A DNA stretch of 64,000 nt from an uncultured Gammaproteobacteria bacterium (GCA_964385285.1 CAYLOJ010000002.1:67246-131245), one strand, 5' to 3'. Counted from the stretch's first letter, positions 1-10,018 are shown. Numbers and translations: made by a program. The notes: a model not told the origin generated them from the letters alone.

Positions 1-1037
1 GTGGTGCTGAGACCAATCCTGCTCTGGTCAGTTACCAGCAACAGGATCTGCTCGCCCCGGTCGTCGAGGGCACCACTGGTGCCTACGTCCTGTGGCGGGC
101 CGGTCTCAATACCGGCTACAACGGAAACGATCTGGCCTTTGGGCTGGGCGGTTCCTATCAAGGGAAGTACTGGTCGAACGGCGGCCAGGATCTGCTCGAT
201 GACGGCAACTTGACGGCCAAGGTTCGCATTCTGCCCAACCGGCGGATCGGCCTCGACCTCAACGGCCGCATCGGACGCGATCGCTACGGCGTCGGCTACG
301 ACACCGAGGCGGTCAATGAGAGTCAGCTCATCACCGACTCCTGGAAGATCGAGGCGCTGCCGACCTATCGGATTGGATGGGCGCTGCCGGTCAGCGGACT
401 CTTCCGCTACCAGGAGCAGGTCTACGATCATCCGACGACTTGGGATAACACCCTGAGTCTAATGACGATCGGCACCTCCACCCGCTGGCAGTTCTTCCCG
501 AAGTCTGCGCTGTGGGCTGAGGGAGGGTACCGCCGCGGTGCATCCGAAAAGGAGGTCGTGATGACCTCTGATGGCGGATACATCAAGGGCGGGTTCGATG
601 GGAATCTGTTCACCCGCATCCAGCTGTTCATGGCCACGGGCTACAACCCGGTGGTCTACAGCGATGGCTCAGTCATCACGGACGCCAATGCGTTCACCTT
701 CCAGGGTGGACTGCGGTATGTGCGTCCGGGGTTGACGTTCAGCGCCGGGTTCTTCCGCGAGAACCGCGACATCTACTGGACCAGTGCGGTGTTGAGCCAA
801 GCTGGGAAGGTGGAGATCGCCTACAAGAACGATAAGTACGACGCTGCCGGTTTCAGCGCAAGCTACGGCAGCTACGACTATCTTCTTTCGGAGTACTCCA
901 CGGAGTGGATCACGCGCGGGTCCCTCTACGTGGAGGATGGCTACAAGCACTTCGCGGTGCGCCTCACGGTCAATTACGACCGCTGGGATGACACTCGCGA
1001 CAACCTCGCGGGAACGCTGGTGTTTTCCGTGCGGTAA
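1..1037 (+). CDS. High-GC gene, putative outer-membrane beta-barrel protein (5' truncated by window edge)
   Basis: Frame 3 is open from base 3 (GAETNPALVSYQ...) into the 210..1037 ORF. Alternating aromatic/Gly amphipathic strands and a C-terminal strand ending LVFSVR. Confidence 0.55.
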   Translation, partial: GAETNPALVSYQQQDLLAPVVEGTTGAYVLWRAGLNTGYNGNDLAFGLGGSYQGKYWSNGGQDLLDDGNLTAKVRILPNRRIGLDLNGRIGRDRYGVGYDTEAVNESQLITDSWKIEALPTYRIGWALPVSGLFRYQEQVYDHPTTWDNTLSLMTIGTSTRWQFFPKSALWAEGGYRRGASEKEVVMTSDGGYIKGGFDGNLFTRIQLFMATGYNPVVYSDGSVITDANAFTFQGGLRYVRPGLTFSAGFFRENRDIYWTSAVLSQAGKVEIAYKNDKYDAAGFSASYGSYDYLLSEYSTEWITRGSLYVEDGYKHFAVRLTVNYDRWDDTRDNLAGTLVFSVR

Positions 1038-1051
1038 CGCTACCAACAATT

Positions 1052-1113
1052 CAGGAGGTAGGGGGAACGTGGGGTCGATGTCTATCAAGATGTCGACCCC
1101 TGTTCTATTTCTG
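1052..1113 (+). terminator. Long 3' hairpin after high-GC gene
   Basis: GGGGTCGA...TCGACCCC core (1071-1100), extended by GAAC/GTTC and CAGGAGGTAG/CTATTTCTG. Confidence 0.6.
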
Positions 1114-1120
1114 TACAGTG

Positions 1121-1633
1121 TTAGTTAATCCAGTCTCGAACCCGCACTACTGTGCTAGCAATCACTTCAGTTAGGATAGTAGCTTCGGCTTTTGAAAATT
1201 TTCCTAAAACAAAATCTGCCGTATCACCCATAGCGCGGTCTGGATCTGTTGGGGCAATCCCTACCTTAAATCGCGCGAACTCTTCACTACCCACATGAGC
1301 AATAATTGATTTAATACCATTATGTCCGCCAGATGAACCTTTTGTGCGGAAGCGTACTGTGCCGAGTGGCAGATCTTTATCATCAAACACTACTAAGAGT
1401 TCGGGGATGGTGACATGATAGTAATCCATCACTGCGCGCACCGCTTCGCCTGAATGATTCATGTAAGTCAGGGGTTGCACAAATAGAGTATCACCCTGTT
1501 TGCTGAGCCGGCATTTTAATTTAGGGTGATCTTTCCAATCGTTAGTAAGTTTATCTAAAATCATGAATCCCACATTGTGTCGGGTATGATCATATGTCTT
1601 GCCGGGGTTACCTAAGCCAACCACTAGCTTCAT
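1121..1633 (-). CDS. pth: Peptidyl-tRNA hydrolase
   Basis: KLVVGLGNPG..Y..TRHNVGF, TYMNHSG, GSSGGHNGIKS. Confidence 0.97.
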   Translation of the reverse strand: MKLVVGLGNPGKTYDHTRHNVGFMILDKLTNDWKDHPKLKCRLSKQGDTLFVQPLTYMNHSGEAVRAVMDYYHVTIPELLVVFDDKDLPLGTVRFRTKGSSGGHNGIKSIIAHVGSEEFARFKVGIAPTDPDRAMGDTADFVLGKFSKAEATILTEVIASTVVRVRDWIN

Positions 1634-1635
1634 AA

Positions 1636-3024
1636 CTACTTTTGTTTAGGAATATGTTGAGCGACTTCCAAGTAAATCGGTACACCATCATACGGGCAGC
1701 GGGTACGAATCGCTTTTTCCACCATGTGAATAATGGCTGGAGCCAATGCTTTCGGGCGGGGAGTCAGTAAAATAAAGCGCGGCGGTTTTACATCTAATTG
1801 ATGCAAGCCCTCCAACACTAAATCACGTTTTGGTGTGGCGGCAAAACCAGGGCGACTTTCCTTTGGTCCACGCGATAAAATTTGACGCACAATGCCATCC
1901 AGCTCTTCTTGTTCCATCCAATGATTCTGGTAATCATAAATGCGTTTTACTACATCCAGTACTTGTGTAGTGCGCTGATGCTCAAGTGCAGAAATAAATA
2001 GAATAGGAGTTTCCGGAGAAAAATCGAAGTGACGACTATAGTACTTGAGATACTCATTGATCGTGCTTGGGGTTTTATTTGGAATGGCATCCCATTTGTT
2101 AATGGCTAACATGAAGCTGCGCCCTTTCATTTTAATATAATCCATCAAGGCCTTATCTTGGTGATTAATGTGTTGTTGAGCTTCAATGACATACACCACC
2201 ACATCGGCTCGAAAGATCGTATCTTTCGTTCCTTCCACACTCAACTTTTCTAATTTACCATCTTGACCAGAACCGACACGCGTCTTGCGGCGCATACCAG
2301 CTGTATCAATTAATTGATAAACCTGGCCACCGTATTCCACTAAGGTGTCATGGGGATCACGTGTTGTATGTGGGATTGGGCTCACAATGACACGGTCTTC
2401 ACCAATCAAGGAATTAAACAGTGTCGATTTGCCCACATTAGGCTGTCCCACAATCGCTACTTTCACCGGTTGCAAATCCTCAATCACGCTCGGTACATGC
2501 GGAATTTTCTCCAAAATTGCATCAATTAATTCTGCGGTGCCAGTACCATTTTTTGCCGAGCAGGGGATCAACTCCGCAAAGGGTAATGGAGCAAAGGTAC
2601 TTAAGGCAGTATGGCGACCACGTAAACTATCTGCTTTGTTCACACACACAATCACTGGCACGCCACAGCGTTTTAAGAACAAGGCACTATCACGATCCTG
2701 TGGCATGAGTTCTCCGCGACCATCGACTACAAACACTACGGCATCAGCCTCTTTTAAAGCTACCTCCACTTGTCGTTTAATCTCTTTATCCAAGAGGTCA
2801 TACGCGGACATATCTAAACCACCGGTATCGATTAACTCAAACCCAAACCCTTTCCAGTGCACCATCGAGCGATTTTGATCACGCGTGGTGTTTTCAAGTG
2901 CAGAGACAATCGCTTTGCCTTTATCGGCTAGACGGTTAAATAGAGTAGATTTTCCGGCATTCGTTCGGCCAATCAACACCACCTTCGGATACTTGTTTTT
3001 AATTTGTTTGGCTAGAAGAGTCAT
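1636..3024 (-). CDS. der: Ribosome biogenesis GTPase Der (EngA)
   Basis: Two G domains: GRTNAGKS/DTGG/NKAD and GQPNVGKS/DTAG/NKWD. Confidence 0.96.
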   Translation of the reverse strand: MTLLAKQIKNKYPKVVLIGRTNAGKSTLFNRLADKGKAIVSALENTTRDQNRSMVHWKGFGFELIDTGGLDMSAYDLLDKEIKRQVEVALKEADAVVFVVDGRGELMPQDRDSALFLKRCGVPVIVCVNKADSLRGRHTALSTFAPLPFAELIPCSAKNGTGTAELIDAILEKIPHVPSVIEDLQPVKVAIVGQPNVGKSTLFNSLIGEDRVIVSPIPHTTRDPHDTLVEYGGQVYQLIDTAGMRRKTRVGSGQDGKLEKLSVEGTKDTIFRADVVVYVIEAQQHINHQDKALMDYIKMKGRSFMLAINKWDAIPNKTPSTINEYLKYYSRHFDFSPETPILFISALEHQRTTQVLDVVKRIYDYQNHWMEQEELDGIVRQILSRGPKESRPGFAATPKRDLVLEGLHQLDVKPPRFILLTPRPKALAPAIIHMVEKAIRTRCPYDGVPIYLEVAQHIPKQK

Positions 3025-4540
3025 CGTTTCCTACAATAATGATAAAATCGGCTGAACTATCCAATGTGCCATCATCTAAACTCAGCAAGGTTTCGGTTTG
3101 TCGATCCGTAGCTAATGTGCCGTTGGTGCTAGCTACTAACTGATTAGTAGTATCGTCGCTGACAGCAGTATTCAGTTGATAAATAGTAGTGATCGCATAA
3201 TCATTCGTCAACGCATTACCAATATCATCAATCGTATAACCGTCCGCTTCCAAATTTGCGGCCATGGTAGTGGCTAAACCCGCCTTCGTCGTACCATTAA
3301 GCACTTGAATAGTTACAGCATCAGTTGAGGCCCCAGTACTCGTGCCAGTGTCGGTACCACTTGTTGTGGAGACGGTAAGGTCAACTTGAAAGATTTTTTT
3401 TGCGACGGCTTGAATTTCTGAGTAGTCATAGTCACCGGCTACTGGTACAACAATCGATGCGCCTGTTTCCGTTGAACGACTCGTCATCACTAAACCACCT
3501 GGAGAATCATCTACGACCTTATTGATGATGTCATCTGGATTGACCAAACCAACTAGTTCAAACAACCGTGAGATTTCCCACAATTCTAAATTTGTAATCA
3601 TGTGGTCATCCACATCGCTTAGTAAGGTGGAGATGCGTGTTGGGTTGAGTACCGTGCCGGCGGACAATACGTTATCTTTGAATGCTTGTAATACATATTG
3701 TTGGCGTTTGGCCCGAGCAAAGTCACTACTTTCCTCGCTGTAGCTAGGGGAGTTGGGTAACAATTTTCGAATGCGACTATAGATTAAGGCGCGTTCACCA
3801 TCCATATGTTCAGTACCGGCTTCAAATTCAATTGCGCAATAGGCGCCATCTTCTAGGTAGTAGAGGTTAGAGCGTGGGCAGGCGGTCGACATCTCCTTGG
3901 CTCCGTAGTAGCCGACAAAATCGTGATCAATTTGCACATCGACTCCACCCACGTCATCAATTAACTGACGAAAACCAGAGAAATCAATCAAGGCATAGTA
4001 TTGAATGGTGAGGCCGGTGACCGTTTCTACGCTTTTTACAGCGGTCTCCATGCCACCAGCAGCATACGCGTAGTTGATTTTTCGACCTTCATAATAACCA
4101 GAGTCACCCTCACTATAGATTTTTACAATCAGATCACGTGGTAAGGAAAGTAATGCGACCTGTTTGGTGGAAGGTTTGATACTGGCAACCATAATGGAAT
4201 CGGTCAGCGTGCCACCGTCATGCCCATCACCACCAATACCGAGTAACAAAATGTTAACACGATCTTTTTGCTCACCTTTTACTGGATCAGAATGTTTGGT
4301 CACTAATGAACCCAACTGGCTGATTACAGAACCAGAGTCCGATGTGAACCATTGTTTTCCCCAGGCGGCATAAGCTAATAACCCCACGCAGATGGCTAAA
4401 ATCAAAGGAATTACCCACAAACGGTGATCAAACCCGTGGGTCTTCTCTGTGGGGGGTAAAGTAGCGGTATCCACCTCTTGAATGGGGGTGGAATGGATCA
4501 CGACTTTAACTGTATGGGAGGGGTCTGATGATTTAAACAT
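2999..4540 (-). CDS. LCP (LytR-CpsA-Psr) family protein with LytR C-terminal domain
   Basis: TM helix; NILLLGIGG, TDSIMV, LSLPRD, SDFARAKRQQ; C-terminal VLNGT..AGLA. Confidence 0.92.
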   Translation of the reverse strand: MFKSSDPSHTVKVVIHSTPIQEVDTATLPPTEKTHGFDHRLWVIPLILAICVGLLAYAAWGKQWFTSDSGSVISQLGSLVTKHSDPVKGEQKDRVNILLLGIGGDGHDGGTLTDSIMVASIKPSTKQVALLSLPRDLIVKIYSEGDSGYYEGRKINYAYAAGGMETAVKSVETVTGLTIQYYALIDFSGFRQLIDDVGGVDVQIDHDFVGYYGAKEMSTACPRSNLYYLEDGAYCAIEFEAGTEHMDGERALIYSRIRKLLPNSPSYSEESSDFARAKRQQYVLQAFKDNVLSAGTVLNPTRISTLLSDVDDHMITNLELWEISRLFELVGLVNPDDIINKVVDDSPGGLVMTSRSTETGASIVVPVAGDYDYSEIQAVAKKIFQVDLTVSTTSGTDTGTSTGASTDAVTIQVLNGTTKAGLATTMAANLEADGYTIDDIGNALTNDYAITTIYQLNTAVSDDTTNQLVASTNGTLATDRQTETLLSLDDGTLDSSADFIIIVGNDDSSSQTN

Positions 4541-4604
4541 CGGGGGTCAGTATAGCCCGCCTACTTGATTTGTTCAAGGATTTCTTGTATGGTAAGCGGA
4601 GTCT

Positions 4605-4994
4605 ATGCAGGAAAAAAAGAAGGTTCTGATCATTGAGGATGAAGCTCCTCTCAGCAAAATCCTTCAGGAGGTCTTCCTGGAGCGCGGTTTTGATGTCGAT
4701 GTTGCTGTCCAAGGTGAAGAAGGTTGGCATAAAACCAAAGAAAATGTGCCAGATGTGATCCTGTTAGACATTATTATGCCCAAGTTAGACGGCTTTGTGT
4801 ACTTGAAGCGTTTGCGGGCCGCCAAGAAATTGGCTAAGATCCCTGTAATCATTCTCTCTAATCTAGGGCAAGAAAGCGATATTGCCGAAGCCCGTGAGTT
4901 AGGTGCCATCGATTACCTCGTTAAATCTAATCATACGATCGAAGCCATTGTGCAACGCGTCGAAGCTATTTTTCATGAATCCAAAATTAACTAG
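4605..4994 (+). CDS. Single-domain response regulator
   Basis: VLIIEDE, LLDIIMPKLDG, ILSNL, DYLVK receiver motifs. Confidence 0.93.
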   Translation: MQEKKKVLIIEDEAPLSKILQEVFLERGFDVDVAVQGEEGWHKTKENVPDVILLDIIMPKLDGFVYLKRLRAAKKLAKIPVIILSNLGQESDIAEARELGAIDYLVKSNHTIEAIVQRVEAIFHESKIN

Positions 4995-5514
4995 TGCTGC
5001 CTCCTTTCTCTGGGAAGTGGTCAAGGTAGTCGCCATTTCATTAATGATTGTCTTGCCAATTCGGTATTTTTTGGTGCAGCCGTTTTATGTGAAAGGGTCT
5101 TCAATGGAACCTAATTTCCATGATTATCAATATCTCATTATTGATGAGTTAACGTATCGTTTTCAGGAACCAGAGCGAGGTCAAGTGGTAGTCATGCGCG
5201 ATCCGGCTGATCATAACAAATATTTCATTAAGCGCATTGTAGGTTTACCTGGAGATACTGTGCTGATCCAGAATGGGGATGTCTATTTAAATGGGGATCA
5301 GTTAGATGAGACGACGTATTTGGATTCCAGTGTTGAAACGTTTGCCAGTAATGGCAATGATGAGGTGACATTGGGTAGCGACGAATATTTTGTGATGGGG
5401 GACAATCGTCCAGCCAGTTATGATTCGCGTCGCTTTGGTGCTGTAAAACAATCTGAGTTTGTCGGACGTGTATGGGTGCGGGCGTGGCCATTTACTAAAT
5501 TTGCCATTTATTAA
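4975..5514 (+). CDS. lepB: Signal peptidase I
   Basis: GSSMEPN, FIKRIVGLPGD, GDNRPASYDSR; start placed at MNPKL. Confidence 0.95.
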   Translation: MNPKLTSAASFLWEVVKVVAISLMIVLPIRYFLVQPFYVKGSSMEPNFHDYQYLIIDELTYRFQEPERGQVVVMRDPADHNKYFIKRIVGLPGDTVLIQNGDVYLNGDQLDETTYLDSSVETFASNGNDEVTLGSDEYFVMGDNRPASYDSRRFGAVKQSEFVGRVWVRAWPFTKFAIY

Positions 5515-5527
5515 TCAGCGTAAGACT

Positions 5528-7171
5528 ATGCCTAAAAAGAAAGTCATGAAAATTGAAAAACCTTCCAAAGCCGTTCCTGCTAAAGCGCCAGCTGCTCCAG
5601 TTGTTGCTAAAAAAGCACGTCGTAAATTTGAACCACCTCAGTTATTAAAAGGGATGAAAGATATCTTGCCAGAAGAGCAATCCTATCGGATGGCTATTTT
5701 GCGCAAATTGGAAGATATCGCCATTGCCTATGGTTACCAGCGCATTGATACGCCTATTCTTGAGCAGGCTTCGTTGTTCCAACGCTCGATTGGTGAACAG
5801 ACTGATGTTGTCCAGAAAGAGATGTATGATTTTGAAGATAAATCGGGTGACCGTGTTGCCATGCGTCCAGAATTTACTGCTTCCATTGCACGCGCTTACA
5901 TTGAACACGGCATGGTAAATCGCACTCAGCCAGTGAAATTGTATACGATTGGACCCTTGTTCCGACATGATCGTCCTCAAGCTGGACGGTATCGTCAATT
6001 TTGGCAATTAGATTTAGAAGTCATTGGCGAAGGCCAGCCCATTATTGATGCTGAGTTAATTGCCATTGGTTATTTCTTGTTTAGAGATCTTGGTTTAGAT
6101 GCCACAGTGCATATCAATAGTATTGGTGATGAGCAGTGCCGCCCACAATACATTCAGACATTGCAAGAATATTTCAAAGCACGCAAAAAAAATCTTTGTG
6201 AAAACTGCAAATTGCGTTTAGCAAAAAACACTTTGCGTTTGTTGGATTGTAAGGAACCTGCCTGTGTTGAAATTGCTCAAGACGCACCACAAATGGTGGA
6301 TCACCTTTGCGCACCTTGCCGTGATCACTTCGTAAAAGTATTGGAGCACTTAGATGAAACTCAGATCCCGTATACGTTGAATCCAAAGATTGTGCGAGGT
6401 TTAGATTACTATTCACGTACGGCTTGGGAATTTTTCCCAGTATTACAAGGTGAAGAACAGATGCAAACGCAATCCGCGTTGGCTGGTGGTGGTCGTTATG
6501 ATACGTTGCTGGGCCAACTTGGTGCTGCGCAACCGGTGCCAGCATCCGGATTCGCCGCTGGTATTGAGCGTTTGATTTTGGCAATGAAGGCAAAAAATAT
6601 TACTTTACCTAGTCTCTACGTTCCAGATGTGTTTCTAGCACAGCTCGGTGCCTCGGCTCAAAAACGGTCGATTGGTTTAATGGAGCAATTGCGTCAGGCT
6701 GGATTTAAAGTCTGGGGAAATCTAGTGAAGGAAAGTTTGTCTGCACAATTAAAAGTTGCCAATAAGTTAGGTGTGCGTTTTACCTTAATCTTTGGTCAGA
6801 AAGAATTGTTGGATGGTACCATCATTATTCGTGACATGGATAGTGGTTCTCAAGAAATTGTAGATATCAAAAAAGTGGAAAAAGAGTTAGCCAAGCGCAT
6901 TGAGAAAGCACCAACTCCCGCGACTCCACGCATCGTCGGTGCCTATGATGCATTGGCTGCGAATATTGAAGAGATTCCAATGGGTCCGGGACATCATAAC
7001 AATCAAGCGCAACAAAATCGCAATGCGAACACTGTAGTGCCTACAGCTGAAGCATCTGAACCTGTTGAACCGCTCGCGGAAGTAATTGAAGAAGCTGAGC
7101 CATTACAATCCGAGTTGCCGATTGATGAACCAGAGGTGGACGTGGATGACAAAGCAGACGATAAAAAATAA
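5528..7171 (+). CDS. hisS: Histidine--tRNA ligase with acidic disordered C-terminal tail
   Basis: RPEFTAS, FRHDRPQAGRYRQF, VRGLDYY, GGGRYD; start placed at MPKKK. Confidence 0.97.
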   Translation: MPKKKVMKIEKPSKAVPAKAPAAPVVAKKARRKFEPPQLLKGMKDILPEEQSYRMAILRKLEDIAIAYGYQRIDTPILEQASLFQRSIGEQTDVVQKEMYDFEDKSGDRVAMRPEFTASIARAYIEHGMVNRTQPVKLYTIGPLFRHDRPQAGRYRQFWQLDLEVIGEGQPIIDAELIAIGYFLFRDLGLDATVHINSIGDEQCRPQYIQTLQEYFKARKKNLCENCKLRLAKNTLRLLDCKEPACVEIAQDAPQMVDHLCAPCRDHFVKVLEHLDETQIPYTLNPKIVRGLDYYSRTAWEFFPVLQGEEQMQTQSALAGGGRYDTLLGQLGAAQPVPASGFAAGIERLILAMKAKNITLPSLYVPDVFLAQLGASAQKRSIGLMEQLRQAGFKVWGNLVKESLSAQLKVANKLGVRFTLIFGQKELLDGTIIIRDMDSGSQEIVDIKKVEKELAKRIEKAPTPATPRIVGAYDALAANIEEIPMGPGHHNNQAQQNRNANTVVPTAEASEPVEPLAEVIEEAEPLQSELPIDEPEVDVDDKADDKK

Positions 7172-7509
7172 TGGATTGCATCTTCTGTAAAATCGCCAAT
7201 CACGAAATTCCCGCCAAGTTCATTTTTGAAAATGATCAGGTGATGGTTATTCCGGATATTGCACCCAAGGCCAAAGTGCATCTGTTAGCTATTCCAAAGC
7301 AACACATTGCTAACTTGAATGATATTGTTGAAGAGAATAAAACAGTGATGGGCGAGTTGGCGTTAGCCATTGCAAACGTCACTGCGCAGTTAGGAATCGC
7401 GCAATCGGGTTATAAGGTCATTACTAATAATGGCCACGATGGTGGTCAGGCGGTACCGCATTTGCACATGCATGTATTAGGTGGGGAAAAGATTCCTAGC
7501 ATCACCTAA
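7171..7509 (+). CDS. HIT (histidine triad) family protein
   Basis: DCIFCKI; HLHMH triad. Confidence 0.95.
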   Translation: MDCIFCKIANHEIPAKFIFENDQVMVIPDIAPKAKVHLLAIPKQHIANLNDIVEENKTVMGELALAIANVTAQLGIAQSGYKVITNNGHDGGQAVPHLHMHVLGGEKIPSIT

Positions 7510-7519
7510 ATCTAATGTT

Positions 7520-7566
7520 GGGGTGCGCGCGGGAGAGAGATGAATCTACCTCCCACGCGTCTGCCC
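7520..7566 (-). terminator. 3' hairpin after high-GC hydrolase gene
   Basis: Minus strand CGCGTGGGAG...CTCCCGCGCG directly after the stop codon. Confidence 0.55.
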
Positions 7567-7568
7567 TC

Positions 7569-8441
7569 CTACCAGAAGCGATTGATCGCACTCATGTGTT
7601 CGATCTCCGCTTTGAGGTGCTCTACGAGGCGATCGGTGCACTGTGGTTCCAGCCACCAGCAGTGCGGACTGTCCTCGATCCAGGTCAGCTCGGATCGCGT
7701 GCGCCAGGCGAGCCAGTGCAGCGACCAGCGACTGATCAGTGCATCAGCGGTGAAGCCGATGATGATCCGTTGCCGTTTCTGACCCAGCTCCAGTGCACGT
7801 TGTAGGATCCTCCGCGGCATGAAGTAGGCGAAGAGGAACTGCACGAACAGCCAGGCGCTGTCCGGCTGCTGCACTTGGAAGAACTGGTCGAACCGATTGG
7901 CTGTGCACTGAGTGCCTGCGAACAGGCCCTGGACCATGCCAGCAGGGAACTGCACACTGCGACCAGTCAGTAGGCTACGCACGACAGCCGGGAGGCCTGC
8001 ACATCCGCCGTTCCACCAGAAGCTGGGGTGGAGGCAGATCCAGTACCCGTTGGTACCGGTCGGCGCGAGGTTGATCACGCCTTGTGTGTAGCTCTTGAAG
8101 GTGTAGGCGAGATCATCTGCGATGGCACCCCCGAAAGAGTGTCCCATCCAGATGACCTCCCGGTTGATCACCATGCGCCGTATCAGGCTATTTACATAGT
8201 TGCGTGCAGCCTGCAGTTGGTCACCCAGAGTGGTGCGCCCAGCGTGATCACCGTGCTTGCGCTCGATGATCAGAAACTGGTGTTGGACGCCGGCGCGCTG
8301 CAGCGCTGCAATCGTCTCAGACCAAGTCTCCCTGCCGGTCTGGCAGTAGCCGTGGATGCAGACGATCAGCGGCAACCGTGGGTCGCCGTTGGTGAGCGTG
8401 CAGTCGTAGTCGTTTCCGAGAGTTTCGTTGTCATTGAACAT
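7569..8441 (-). CDS. High-GC alpha/beta hydrolase
   Basis: PLIVCIHG oxyanion motif, GHSFGG nucleophile elbow, late D and H (DSPH). Confidence 0.85.
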   Translation of the reverse strand: MFNDNETLGNDYDCTLTNGDPRLPLIVCIHGYCQTGRETWSETIAALQRAGVQHQFLIIERKHGDHAGRTTLGDQLQAARNYVNSLIRRMVINREVIWMGHSFGGAIADDLAYTFKSYTQGVINLAPTGTNGYWICLHPSFWWNGGCAGLPAVVRSLLTGRSVQFPAGMVQGLFAGTQCTANRFDQFFQVQQPDSAWLFVQFLFAYFMPRRILQRALELGQKRQRIIIGFTADALISRWSLHWLAWRTRSELTWIEDSPHCWWLEPQCTDRLVEHLKAEIEHMSAINRFW

Positions 8442-8447
8442 GCCGAT

Positions 8448-8495
8448 CTCCTAGTTTGGCACGCACGTTGTAATGGAAAGAACAGTATTTGTCAA
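8448..8495 (-). promoter_or_regulatory. Sigma70-like promoter plus SD for hydrolase cassette
   Basis: TTGACA(8495-8490)-17 bp-TACAAC(8472-8467); AGGAG at 8452-8448. Confidence 0.6.
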
Positions 8496-8522
8496 TACGG
8501 CAGATGTAGTTATACTAAATGG

Positions 8523-9215
8523 ATGAAACCAATTTTGATTATTCAAAACATTACGCGTGAGCAGGCTGGGCTAATAGAGGTTGTCTTCAATGAACAAGAC
8601 ATTCCATTTCATATCCTAGATTTAAGTAAGGAGAGCGTTATACCAAGTAAATTAGAAGAGTATAGTGGTGTTGTGATGATGGGTGGGCCGGATAGTGCCA
8701 ACGACACCACACCTAAAATGCAGAACGCTTTACAGTTGGCTAAACAAGCCTTGGATCTCCAATTGCCTTATTTGGGCATCTGTTTAGGTCATCAGGTATT
8801 AGCGAAAGCGGCTGGCGGTAGAGTAGTGCGTAGCCCTGTTAAGGAAGTTGGATGGAATTACACTATTCAGATTACTCCTACTGGTTTAATCAGTCCTTTA
8901 CTAAAGGATCTGCCAACACCGTTGCCGGTCTTTCAACTACACGGAGAGATGGTAATTACAACTCCCGAGATGCAAATTTTAGCTTCAGGTGAGGATTGTC
9001 CTGTACATATTATACAATGCGGGTCGGCAGCCTATGGTTTGCAGTGTCACTTAGAATTAACAGATGTACTGTATCAGATTTGGCTAGATCAGGATCCTGA
9101 TTTGCGTGCCTTGAATCGTTCACAATTAGAACAAGCATGGCAAACAGCCAAGGTTGAATACACAACCCATGGTAAACAATTAATCCACAACTGGTTGCAG
9201 CAATTTTCTAGTTGA
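8523..9215 (+). CDS. Class I glutamine amidotransferase
   Basis: MGGPDSAND, LGICLGHQ, LQCHLE triad; true start MKPILII at 8523. Confidence 0.9.
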   Translation: MKPILIIQNITREQAGLIEVVFNEQDIPFHILDLSKESVIPSKLEEYSGVVMMGGPDSANDTTPKMQNALQLAKQALDLQLPYLGICLGHQVLAKAAGGRVVRSPVKEVGWNYTIQITPTGLISPLLKDLPTPLPVFQLHGEMVITTPEMQILASGEDCPVHIIQCGSAAYGLQCHLELTDVLYQIWLDQDPDLRALNRSQLEQAWQTAKVEYTTHGKQLIHNWLQQFSS

Positions 9216-9300
9216 CATTCAAAAAAGTTAGTGTTATAGTCCAAGCAACTTTGAGACGTTCAAAGCTATATAATCTATTCTCTTCACCTGAGGAGGTGAA
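9213..9300 (+). promoter_or_regulatory. rpsU promoter and hairpin-embedded extended SD
   Basis: TTGACA-17-TATAGT; SD AGGAGGTGA (9291-9299) inside hairpin TTCACCT-GAGG-AGGTGAA. Confidence 0.7.
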
Positions 9301-9305
9301 AATGT

Positions 9306-9560
9306 ATGCCAGCTATTTCAGTTCGACGCAACGAAACCGAATCAAATGAAAGTTTAGTTCGCCGTTTCGTCCGTAAAGTTCAAGCCAGCGGTAATTTACT
9401 GCTCGTTAAGAAAAAACAACATCGTCAACGCCCCATTAGCAAACGTTTGCAACGGCGTAGCGCCATTTTGCGTTCTGAGTCACGCGAGAAACGTGAACAC
9501 TTACGCAAGATTGGTAAACTCGATGTTCTCCAGGATCGCAAGCGGAAACCCCGCCGATAA
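9306..9560 (+). CDS. rpsU: 30S ribosomal protein bS21
   Basis: Basic; V.R...ES.ESLVRRF.RKVQ.SG pattern; precedes yqeY as usual. Confidence 0.85.
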   Translation: MPAISVRRNETESNESLVRRFVRKVQASGNLLLVKKKQHRQRPISKRLQRRSAILRSESREKREHLRKIGKLDVLQDRKRKPRR

Positions 9561-9574
9561 CATAACATTGTTCC

Positions 9575-10018
9575 ATGAGTGTTTTTTCCACGATTCAAAC
9601 TGACATGATCTCTGCCTTGAAAAACAAGGATTCAGTTAAGGTCTCAACACTACGTGGAATGAAGTCGGCGATCCAAAAAGATATTATTGATAACAAGGGC
9701 TCGTCTGATGATGATCAGCGAGCTTTTGTTATACTGAAACAAGAAGCCAAGAAGCGCGAAGATTCCATCACCGCATATGCCGCAGCTGGTCGACAAGATT
9801 TGGCTGATCAAGAAACTGCTGAGCTGGAGATTATTCGCTACTATCTTCCAGCACAAATGTCTGAAGCAGATCTCACGGCGCTGATTGTGCCATTGGTGGA
9901 GGCAAGTGCGGATAAGAATTTTGGTGCCTTGATGAAACAAGCAATGCAGGCAGCCAACGGGCAAGCCGATGGTAAATTGGTTTCTGCGGTGCTGAAAAAA
10001 TTACTGGCACAGCAATGA
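9575..10018 (+). CDS. yqeY: GatB/YqeY domain protein
   Basis: KKREDSI..Y...GRQDLA..E..E..I...YLP; ADGK.VS. Confidence 0.92.
   Translation: MSVFSTIQTDMISALKNKDSVKVSTLRGMKSAIQKDIIDNKGSSDDDQRAFVILKQEAKKREDSITAYAAAGRQDLADQETAELEIIRYYLPAQMSEADLTALIVPLVEASADKNFGALMKQAMQAANGQADGKLVSAVLKKLLAQQ

Noticed and set aside
8028-8522. N-terminal extension of the amidotransferase ORF
   Set aside because: Antisense read-through of the high-GC hydrolase; the domain begins at ATG 8523.
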